Source: a virus (taxonomy: Duplodnaviria; Heunggongvirae; Uroviricota; Caudoviricetes). From it: a DNA stretch of 7,616 nt. Made by a program: the position numbers and the translations under genes. Under the pieces are notes generated by a model. The model searched no databases, was not told where the DNA came from, and saw only the letters and a list, made by a program, of their open reading frames with translations. The stretch lies in the IMG/VR virus record IMGVR_UViG_2568526100_000007. The stretch is one strand, 5' to 3'. Shown one piece after another: positions 1 through 5,826 of this stretch; positions within the stretch are counted from its first letter, which is position 1, and every line of letters starts with the position of its first letter.

Positions 1-9
1 GCGTTTATT

Positions 10-267
10 TTGAACAACAGAACAATCACTGTTTCACCGGAACAACTTCGTCGGCAGGCGCAGGAGATGCTTCGTTGTGCTGAACAGATGGAAAAAACGA
101 GCGTGAAAAAAGATACGCTCCGCAAGCAGCTTACTCCGGCGCTTCGTGATCTGCTGCAGGCAAAACACCGCACACAAAAGGCGGTGGATGAGCTGGTGGA
201 TTGCGTGGCGGAACTGGAAGGACAGGTAAGCCAGTTTGAAACGCTGGTGAAGGAGTTTACTGCGTGA
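10..267 (+). CDS. Hypothetical small phage protein (85 codons as drawn). Starts on TTG at the window edge and the frame is open to position 1, so the true start may lie upstream of the window.
   Basis: ORF in the same orientation as the downstream phage genes; stop TGA at 265-267; no in-frame stop upstream within the window; no family recognised. Confidence 0.45.
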   Translation: MNNRTITVSPEQLRRQAQEMLRCAEQMEKTSVKKDTLRKQLTPALRDLLQAKHRTQKAVDELVDCVAELEGQVSQFETLVKEFTA

Positions 268-313
268 TGGCTGAATTTTTTTCTCCTGCGTTCATGCAAT
301 ACCGTTCGCTGAG

Positions 314-1309
314 GTGACCGTGAGAGCACTGCTGACCCCTGAAATTGCCCCGCGTATGGGGATTGTATTGTTCAGGCCCGGTTCAGAGCTGATGCCCCTG
401 TTTATGCAGGGGCGTGTCCTGCTGGAGCCTGAGCCGGAACGTTATTCATCTTTCGCCAGCGGTGCCGTTCCGGCAGCATCACAACCGCTGGCGGATGATC
501 CTGCCGTTCGGGCCGTGTTCCGCCATGAGGCGGTGATCCGTCGTGCTGGTGGCGTGGAATGCCTTGAGAGCTGGTTACTTCGTGAAAAAGGCTGTCAGTG
601 GCCTCATTCCGACTGGCACAGCGAGAACATGACCACAATGCGGCACGCGCCAGGCGCAATCCGTCTGTGCTGGCACTGTGACAATCTTCTCCGTGACCAG
701 TTCACGGAACGGCTGGAAGCAATGGCAACGGATAACTGTGCCCGCTGGGTGTTGTCTGTTGTGCGCCGTGATCTTGGTTTTGATGACAGTCACGTTGTGA
801 CAATGCCGGAACTGTGCTGGTGGCTGATTCGTAATGACCTGGCGGATGCCTTACCGGAAAGTGCAGCCCGTAAGGCACTGAGATTACCGAAGCCTGTTGT
901 GCCGTCTGTCACCCGGGAAAGTGACCTTGTGCCTTCGGTTACTGCCACCAGCATCATCCAGGATAAGGCGAAAAAGGTGCTGGCGCTGAAAGTGGATCCG
1001 GAGTCGCCGGAGTCTTTTATGTTACGCCCAAAACGTCGTCGCTGGGTTAATGAAAAGTACACGCGCTGGGTTAAGACGCAGCCGTGTGCATGTTGTGGTA
1101 AGCCAGCCGACGATCCCCATCACCTGATTGGTCATGGTCAGGGCGGAATGGGGACAAAATCTCACGATATTTTCACGCTACCGCTGTGTCGGGAGCATCA
1201 CAACGAGCTTCATGCGGATCCTCTGGCGTTCGAAGAAAAGCATGGTTCTCAGGTTGATTTAATTTTTCGTTTTCTTGATCACGCCTTTGCAACTGGCGTG
1301 CTTGGGTAA
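314..1309 (+). CDS. DUF968-family prophage protein (YdfU-like) with a C-terminal Cys/His cluster. Start codon uncertain: GTG 314, GTG 320 or ATG 356.
   Basis: 331-aa ORF; C-terminal CACCG...DDPHH...C..HH..H motif (nt about 1084-1210) recalled as typical of DUF968 proteins that sit immediately upstream of rusA in lambdoid prophages; synteny with rusA and Q. Confidence 0.7.
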   Translation: MTVRALLTPEIAPRMGIVLFRPGSELMPLFMQGRVLLEPEPERYSSFASGAVPAASQPLADDPAVRAVFRHEAVIRRAGGVECLESWLLREKGCQWPHSDWHSENMTTMRHAPGAIRLCWHCDNLLRDQFTERLEAMATDNCARWVLSVVRRDLGFDDSHVVTMPELCWWLIRNDLADALPESAARKALRLPKPVVPSVTRESDLVPSVTATSIIQDKAKKVLALKVDPESPESFMLRPKRRRWVNEKYTRWVKTQPCACCGKPADDPHHLIGHGQGGMGTKSHDIFTLPLCREHHNELHADPLAFEEKHGSQVDLIFRFLDHAFATGVLG

Positions 1310-1321
1310 AAGAGGTGACTG

Positions 1322-1681
1322 ATGCTCATAGATTTGGTTTTACCTTACCCGCCGACGGTGAACACTTACTGGCGACGCCGTGGCAGCACATATTTTGTAT
1401 CAAAAGCCGGGGAGCGTTATCGCCGGGCAGTGGCGCTTATTGTTCGCCAGCAGCGGCTGAAATTAAGCCTGTCCGGAAGGCTGGCGATAAAGGTGATTGC
1501 AGAGCCACCGGATAAGCGCCGTCGTGACCTGGACAATATTCTGAAAGCACCACTGGATGCACTGACACATGCGGGGTTGCTTATCGACGACGAGCAGTTT
1601 GATGAAATCAATATTGTGCGCGGACTGCCTGTTCCTGGTGGTCGGTTGGGGATAAAAATCACAGAGCTGGAGTGCGCATGA
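1322..1681 (+). CDS. rusA: Crossover junction endodeoxyribonuclease RusA (Holliday junction resolvase), 119 aa.
   Basis: Protein MLIDLVLPYPPTVNTYWRRRG...DKRRRDLDNILKAPLDALTHAGLLIDDEQ...GGRLGIKITEL matches the recalled RusA pattern (PPS/TxN, RRRDLDN, DALT, GGRL); AAGAGG Shine-Dalgarno 5-6 nt upstream of ATG 1322; conserved position upstream of Q. Confidence 0.88.
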   Translation: MLIDLVLPYPPTVNTYWRRRGSTYFVSKAGERYRRAVALIVRQQRLKLSLSGRLAIKVIAEPPDKRRRDLDNILKAPLDALTHAGLLIDDEQFDEINIVRGLPVPGGRLGIKITELECA

Positions 1682-2367
1682 ATAACCAGTATTTACAGTT
1701 TGTTCGTGAGCAACTCATTATCGCCACCGCCGATTTGAGTGGGGCAACAAAAGGTCAGCTTGAAGCCTGGCAGGAGAATGCCATGTTTGATACAGGGCGT
1801 TACAGACGTAAAAAAATCCGGTACCGCGATAAGGTCACTGGAAAAATGGTAACGCTGGATAATCCACCGATCCCGGGAAAGCAATCGCTGGCGAAAGGTT
1901 CATCAATTGCCCTAGTCAGTCCGGTTGAGTTTTCGACATCATCATGGCGACGCGCCGTTCTGTCTCTTGAAGAGCATCAGAAGGCGTGGGTACTGTGGGT
2001 ATACAGTGAAAATCCGAGTTGGGATTATCAGGTGGTCATTGCGAAATGGGCGTGGGATAAGTTTCAGGTGCATTTTGGCACCAGAAAAATTACAGGGAAA
2101 ACGCTTGAGCGTCTGAAGAAATTAATCTGGCTGGCGGCGCAGGATGTCAGGGGGAGGATTACTGGGTGTGACGTCTACCAGCGACAGGAACTTGCCAGAC
2201 TGTGTGGAGTTAAGTCAGACAACTGGAGCCACAATTATGCGCACTACTGGCGTGATATGTGCGACATTTTTAAGAACCTCGACAACGAATCTTTGATTTA
2301 TACCATGAAAACAAGATCGCAACAAAAAGCGACCTTTTCGCGGCGGGTTATTGCAAAAGTCAATTAA
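1678..2367 (+). CDS. Phage antitermination protein Q-like (late gene regulator), 229 aa from ATG 1678; the track's alternative start is GTG 1672.
   Basis: ATG 1678 overlaps the rusA stop (ATGA at 1678-1681) with GGAG 7 nt upstream; size and position (rusA, then Q, then late region) are typical of lambdoid and Stx phages. The family call rests on synteny and general resemblance, not on a search. Confidence 0.65.
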   Translation: MNNQYLQFVREQLIIATADLSGATKGQLEAWQENAMFDTGRYRRKKIRYRDKVTGKMVTLDNPPIPGKQSLAKGSSIALVSPVEFSTSSWRRAVLSLEEHQKAWVLWVYSENPSWDYQVVIAKWAWDKFQVHFGTRKITGKTLERLKKLIWLAAQDVRGRITGCDVYQRQELARLCGVKSDNWSHNYAHYWRDMCDIFKNLDNESLIYTMKTRSQQKATFSRRVIAKVN

Positions 2368-2379
2368 ATCGCGTACATT
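2351..2379 (+). promoter_or_regulatory. Candidate Q-dependent late promoter (pR'-like): -35 TTGCAA (2351-2356), 17-bp spacer, -10 TACATT (2374-2379).
   Basis: Hexamers each 4/6 to the sigma70 consensus with a 17-bp spacer, overlapping the Q stop codon, which is where pR' lies in lambdoid phages. Confidence 0.2.
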
Positions 2380-2432
2380 TCGTGTAAATCTGATATTTTG
2401 CTGATTTTGTACACGATGGCAAACTAAACAAA

Positions 2433-2458
2433 GCCTGCTGCTGAGCGGGCTATCTTTT
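2433..2458 (+). terminator. Candidate tR'-like intrinsic terminator: stem GCCTGC / GCGGGC (one G-U pair), 6-nt loop, then TATCTTTTGT.
   Basis: Hairpin followed by a U-rich tract about 70 nt downstream of the Q stop; analogous to the pR'-tR' arrangement of lambda. Confidence 0.3.
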
Positions 2459-2639
2459 GTCGTAAGTTGAGCGAAAGACCATCGATTTTACCTTGCTAAA
2501 ACTATTCTGCTATTGCCGAGTTACCCTTTAGGTAATACACTCATCTTATAAAAGAAAGTGGTTGTTAGCCACATAGGTTAGGATGTGCGCATACTTTGTT
2601 TGTGTGCTTTTTGTGTTTTATCTGTTAACGGAGGGGAGC

Positions 2640-2867
2640 ATGCCGAAATATCTAACACTTGCCGCTCGCGCGATCCTCTCACCTGAGAAGATCATCAAAA
2701 AAATTGCAGATATAGCTTCCATGTGTGATGGAAAAGAAGCTAAGCATGAAAGTGACAAGTTTTTCATTGATAGTAATGGTTCGATGGTTTTGAATCGCAA
2801 CAACGCTGATGTGCAAAAGGCTTTCGCAGCCAATATTAAGGGATTGAGTACTAAGAAGAAGGGTTAG
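2640..2867 (+). CDS. Small basic hypothetical protein, 75 aa (cassette gene 1). Start chosen at ATG 2640 rather than the track's 2583.
   Basis: GGAGG at 2630-2634, 5 nt before ATG 2640; Lys-rich hydrophilic product (MPKYLTLAARAILSPEKIIKKIADI...STKKKG); low-GC; stop TAG 2865-2867 lies 6 nt before the next gene's ATG. Confidence 0.55.
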   Translation: MPKYLTLAARAILSPEKIIKKIADIASMCDGKEAKHESDKFFIDSNGSMVLNRNNADVQKAFAANIKGLSTKKKG

Positions 2868-2873
2868 TCTTCT

Positions 2874-3671
2874 ATGTGGGCTGCGCTGATTGTTATTGTT
2901 TTAGTTTGTGGTTATCACTATACCAACTGCCATTTGCCGTCACGATACCGTCAAAGCAAAGCGATCGGTTGGAATGCATACTTTGATGTTGCACTGAAAG
3001 GTGGTGAGTTTCTCATAAGTGGTATTCTTATCGCTGCCTTATTGGTTGTTGTTCTGTACGCTGGAATGTCACTTTGGAACATTCCAGCGTACTTGTTTGG
3101 TTGGTACGCTCCCTTTACTTTCGCCCATGACTTTCTCAAAATGCAAGTGTTTGGGTTGAGCATGTTCCCTGCTATGTCGATAGCTTTCACTATTATTGTA
3201 AGTATCGGGAAGGCATCAGAGGCAACCAAAAACCATAAAGACCCACAAAAGCGCAAGGCTATTTTTGAAGAAATTGCGGCTCATAGTGCCGTGGAAAATA
3301 TCCTTCTTGAATCAGTTGAGCGTGGATTGTTATTGTTGGTTACACTGAAGTCTCGCAAGGTCTATGTGGGGATGATTGATGAGGCACGTTTCAATCAGTT
3401 AGATACTAACACATTGGTGCTAATCCCTTTTATGTCCGGGTACAGAGATAAAGATACTCTGACTTTTTGTGTTGAGCATAATTATGTGGACTACTACCTT
3501 AGTCAGGGTATCACATTAACTTCTGAGCCATTGTCAGTTTATCAGTTTAGGCATGTGTTGCCCTTCGATCAGATCGAATCTTTTTCGCTGTTTAATGTTG
3601 AAACATTCGAGACTTTCAAGGCAGGTATTGAAGGGAAGAAGGCCACTGAAGTACAGAATCAAACAAGTTAA
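2874..3671 (+). CDS. Membrane protein of unknown function, 265 aa (cassette gene 2): about four predicted transmembrane helices in residues 1-115, then a roughly 150-aa soluble C-terminal domain.
   Basis: Hydrophobic stretches WAALIVIVLVCGY, FLISGILIAALLVVVLYAGMSLW, AYLFGWYAPFTFA and VFGLSMFPAMSIAFTIIVSIG; long ORF in AT-rich DNA, where chance ORFs are unlikely; tightly linked to gene 1; intrinsic terminator just downstream. Confidence 0.7.
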   Translation: MWAALIVIVLVCGYHYTNCHLPSRYRQSKAIGWNAYFDVALKGGEFLISGILIAALLVVVLYAGMSLWNIPAYLFGWYAPFTFAHDFLKMQVFGLSMFPAMSIAFTIIVSIGKASEATKNHKDPQKRKAIFEEIAAHSAVENILLESVERGLLLLVTLKSRKVYVGMIDEARFNQLDTNTLVLIPFMSGYRDKDTLTFCVEHNYVDYYLSQGITLTSEPLSVYQFRHVLPFDQIESFSLFNVETFETFKAGIEGKKATEVQNQTS

Positions 3672-3690
3672 GGTTGTTACCTCATTAATT

Positions 3691-3716
3691 AAACCCGCCA
3701 TTGAGCGGGTTTTTTG
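3691..3716 (+). terminator. Rho-independent terminator closing the two-gene cassette.
   Basis: Perfect 8-bp stem AAACCCGC / GCGGGTTT (3691-3698 and 3705-3712), 6-nt loop CATTGA, followed by a T-run; 20 nt after the stop at 3669-3671. Confidence 0.75.
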
Positions 3717-3833
3717 ATGCCCGAAGTGCGGTACATTAAACGCGCTGGTAGTTATTAATATCGGTCTTTCAGCTTGCTGGCTTTTTCGACAAGAGTTATT
3801 GGTATGTCACGTTAACCAGAAAAGGGAAAAGGC

Positions 3834-4031
3834 ATGCTAAAACAGCAGGATATGACCGAAACTGCCAGAGTGGTGTTTAATGAATTAAGCGTCACCGAAC
3901 CGGCGACCGTCGGGGAAATTGCGCATAATACTTACCTTTCACGCGAACGTTGCCAGTTAATACTGACCCAGCTTGTTATGGCGGGTCTGGCAGATTATCA
4001 GTTCGGTTGTTACAGACGCCTTCCTCAGTGA
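3834..4031 (+). CDS. Small hypothetical protein, 65 aa; possible winged-helix DNA-binding protein (a PapI/FaeA-like resemblance is tentative).
   Basis: ATG preceded by a purine-rich AAAAGGGAAAAGG; segment TVGEIAHNTYLSRERCQLILTQLVMAGLA resembles a helix-turn-helix recognition region; lies immediately upstream of the methyltransferase. Confidence 0.5.
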   Translation: MLKQQDMTETARVVFNELSVTEPATVGEIAHNTYLSRERCQLILTQLVMAGLADYQFGCYRRLPQ

Positions 4032-4180
4032 AGGCTTTTTTATTTGTGGTAATGGGCGGCTGGTGGGTGTTGGTAGCACCTGCCAGCCATTCGCTCATGC
4101 TTACTGGTCACAAGCGAACCACGGCCCACTGCTTTAGCGCAAAAGCAGAGTGAGCCTACCAGAGTTACGCTTACTGATCC

Positions 4181-5230
4181 ATGAAAAATACTGTAAAAAT
4201 AAACAGTGTTGATTTAATCAACGCTGATTGCCTGCATTTTATTCAGTCCCTGCCTGATGATTCCATTGACCTGATTGTTACCGATCCGCCGTATTTCAAA
4301 GTGAAACCCGAGGGCTGGGACAATCAGTGGAAGGGCGACGATGATTACCTGAAGTGGCTGGACCAGTGTCTGGCTCAGTTCTGGCGGGTGCTGAAACCTG
4401 CCGGAAGTCTTTACCTGTTCTGTGGCCATCGCCTGGCATCTGATATCGAAATCATGATGCGTGAGCGGTTTAACGTGCTGAACCATATCATCTGGGCAAA
4501 GCCGTCCGGACGCTGGAACGGGTGTAACAAGGAAAGCCTGCGGGCGTATTTTCCGGCCACAGAGCGCATTCTGTTCGCGGAACATTATCAGGGGCCGTAT
4601 CGCCCGAAAGATGATGGCTGTGAGGCGAAGGGCAGGGCACTGAAACAGCATGTGATGGCCCAGCTGATTGCTTACTTTCGTGATGCGCGCGCGGCCCTGG
4701 GGATAACGGCAAAACAGATTGCAGATGCCACAGGAAAGAAAAACATGGTGTCGCACTGGTTCAGTGCCAGTCAGTGGCAGCTACCGAACGAAAGCGATTA
4801 TCTGAAATTACAGTCGCTGTTTGCCCGGGTGGCAGAAGAGAAACATCAGCGGGGAGAACTGGAAAAGTCCCATTACCAACTGGTCAGCACATACAGTGAG
4901 CTGAACCGGCAGTATGCGGAGCTGCTGAGTGAATATAAACATCTGCGGCGGTATTTTGGCGTGACGGTGCAGGTGCCGTATACCGATGTGTGGACGCATA
5001 AACCGGTGCAGTTCTATCCCGGGAAACATCCGTGCGAAAAACCGGCAGAAATGCTGCAGCAGATAATCAGCGCGAGCAGTCGTCCTGGTGACATGGTGGC
5101 GGATTTCTTCATGGGTTCTGGCTCAACCATAAAGGCGGCTATGGCGCTTGGGCGTCGTGCAATTGGTGTTGAGCTGGAGACCGGACGTTTTGAGCAGACA
5201 GTCAGGGAAGTTCAGGATTTAATCGTTTGA
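4181..5230 (+). CDS. DNA methyltransferase, beta-class N6-adenine/N4-cytosine type (DPPY motif), 349 aa; apparently an orphan phage methylase.
   Basis: Catalytic motif IV IVTDPPYF (nt 4283-4294) near the N-terminus and SAM-binding motif I FFMGSGST near the C-terminus (nt about 5104-5127), the order typical of beta-class amino-MTases; no restriction endonuclease gene in the window. Confidence 0.85.
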   Translation: MKNTVKINSVDLINADCLHFIQSLPDDSIDLIVTDPPYFKVKPEGWDNQWKGDDDYLKWLDQCLAQFWRVLKPAGSLYLFCGHRLASDIEIMMRERFNVLNHIIWAKPSGRWNGCNKESLRAYFPATERILFAEHYQGPYRPKDDGCEAKGRALKQHVMAQLIAYFRDARAALGITAKQIADATGKKNMVSHWFSASQWQLPNESDYLKLQSLFARVAEEKHQRGELEKSHYQLVSTYSELNRQYAELLSEYKHLRRYFGVTVQVPYTDVWTHKPVQFYPGKHPCEKPAEMLQQIISASSRPGDMVADFFMGSGSTIKAAMALGRRAIGVELETGRFEQTVREVQDLIV

Positions 5231-5279
5231 AACGGATGAGATTGCAGAATTAATTACGCACCATTATTATTCTGCTCCC

Positions 5280-5355
5280 GGCCCTTTAGCTCAGTGGTGA
5301 GAGCGAGCGACTCATAATCGCCAGGTCGCTGGTTCAAATCCAGCAAGGGCCACCA
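5280..5355 (+). tRNA. ileZ: tRNA with CAU anticodon, ileX/ileZ-like (tRNA-Ile2 read via lysidine, or formally tRNA-Met), 76 nt.
   Basis: Hand-folded cloverleaf: acceptor GGCCCTT/AAGGGCC, D-stem GCTC/GAGC, anticodon loop CTCATAA, T-stem GCTGG/CCAGC, 3' ACCA; close to the recalled E. coli ileX sequence. Confidence 0.85.
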
Positions 5356-5362
5356 TCACATA

Positions 5363-5439
5363 CCGCCATTAGCTCATCAGGAAAGAGCGCCAGCCTTCGA
5401 AGCTGGCTGCGCGGGGTTCAAGTCCCCGATGGCGGTCCA
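5363..5439 (+). tRNA. argN: tRNA-Arg, anticodon UCG, 77 nt.
   Basis: Hand-folded cloverleaf: acceptor CCGCCAT/ATGGCGG, D-stem GCTC/GAGC, anticodon stem CCAGC/GCTGG with loop CTTCGAA, T-stem CGGGG/CCCCG, 3' CCA encoded. The symbol is assigned by position in the ileZ-argN-argO cluster of Stx phages. Confidence 0.85.
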
Positions 5440-5452
5440 TTATCTGCATCAT

Positions 5453-5529
5453 GCGTTGTTAGCTCAGCCGGACAGAGCAATTGCCTTCTAAGCAATCGGT
5501 CACTGGTTCGAATCCAGTACAACGCGCCA
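5453..5529 (+). tRNA. argO: tRNA-Arg, anticodon UCU, 77 nt.
   Basis: Hand-folded cloverleaf: acceptor GCGTTGT/ACAACGC, D-stem GCTC/GAGC, anticodon stem ATTGC/GCAAT with loop CTTCTAA, T-stem ACTGG/CCAGT, 3' CCA encoded. Confidence 0.85.
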
Positions 5530-5543
5530 CACTTATTTTCCCT

Positions 5544-5570
5544 GGCTCGCTTTTGCGGGCCTTTTTTTTT
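5544..5570 (+). terminator. Intrinsic terminator after the tRNA cluster.
   Basis: Stem GGCTCGC / GCGGGCC (7 bp, one G-U pair), loop TTTT, followed by nine T residues. Confidence 0.6.
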
Positions 5571-5767
5571 AAATGTCTCACAATTCAGACGGTTGACTGT
5601 TGTCTGGTTTGCGGGGAGTTTGTTAAAAGAAACTGGCATGGTGAATCCCCCTGTGCGGAGGGGCAATCAGCGAGTAGGTATATGGGATAATCGCGGATTC
5701 AGGTGCTGGTACTGAATTCACCGGGAGGCACCCGGTACCATGCAATGGCACATAGCGCCACTCTCCA

Positions 5768-5791
5768 GCCCCTCTCCGGAGGGGCTTTCTT
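5768..5791 (+). terminator. Terminator-like hairpin in the intergenic slot upstream of nanS-p.
   Basis: Perfect 7-bp stem GCCCCTC / GAGGGGC with loop TCCG, followed by TTTCTT. Confidence 0.4.
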
Positions 5792-5797
5792 GTGGGC

Positions 5798-5826
5798 AAA
5801 AAAAGCCCGCGCTGGGAGACGCGGGC
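5798..5826 (-). terminator. Minus-strand terminator-like hairpin.
   Basis: Seven A residues (a T-run on the minus strand) adjacent to a 7-bp stem GCCCGCG / CGCGGGC with an 8-nt loop; together with 5768-5791 it forms a back-to-back hairpin pair. Confidence 0.3.

Noticed and set aside
402-1062. Minus-strand ORFs 402-659, 575-793 and 790-1062 (72-90 aa).
   Set aside because: They lie wholly inside the GC-rich DUF968 coding region on the opposite strand, with no ribosome-binding site or recognisable product; typical antisense ORFs of high-GC coding DNA.
1315-2116. Alternative-frame ORFs 1315-1515 (+), 1417-1662 (-), 1693-1884 (-) and 1925-2116 (+).
   Set aside because: They overlap the well-supported rusA and Q reading frames, and their products are low-complexity and Arg/Ser/Cys-rich, as expected of frame-shifted noise.
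2583-2639. Upstream extension of cassette gene 1 from ATG 2583, adding a 19-aa hydrophobic leader.
   Set aside because: No Shine-Dalgarno sequence before 2583, whereas ATG 2640 has GGAGG at ideal spacing; the extension is probably untranslated leader. It cannot be fully excluded.
2618-3256. Minus-strand ORFs 2618-2833 and 2951-3256 inside the cassette.
   Set aside because: They are antisense to the two plus-strand genes, which have ribosome-binding sites, operon spacing and a downstream plus-strand terminator.
3950-4153. ORF 3950-4153 (67 aa, +) between the small winged-helix ORF and the methylase.
   Set aside because: It overlaps the 3' end of the better-supported 3834-4031 ORF in another frame, has no ribosome-binding site, and gives a Trp/Val-rich, implausible product.
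4214-5029. Minus-strand ORFs 4214-4756, 4488-4712 and 4808-5029 inside the methylase gene.
   Set aside because: The plus-strand frame carries unmistakable DPPY and FxGxG methyltransferase motifs; the antisense ORFs are artefacts.
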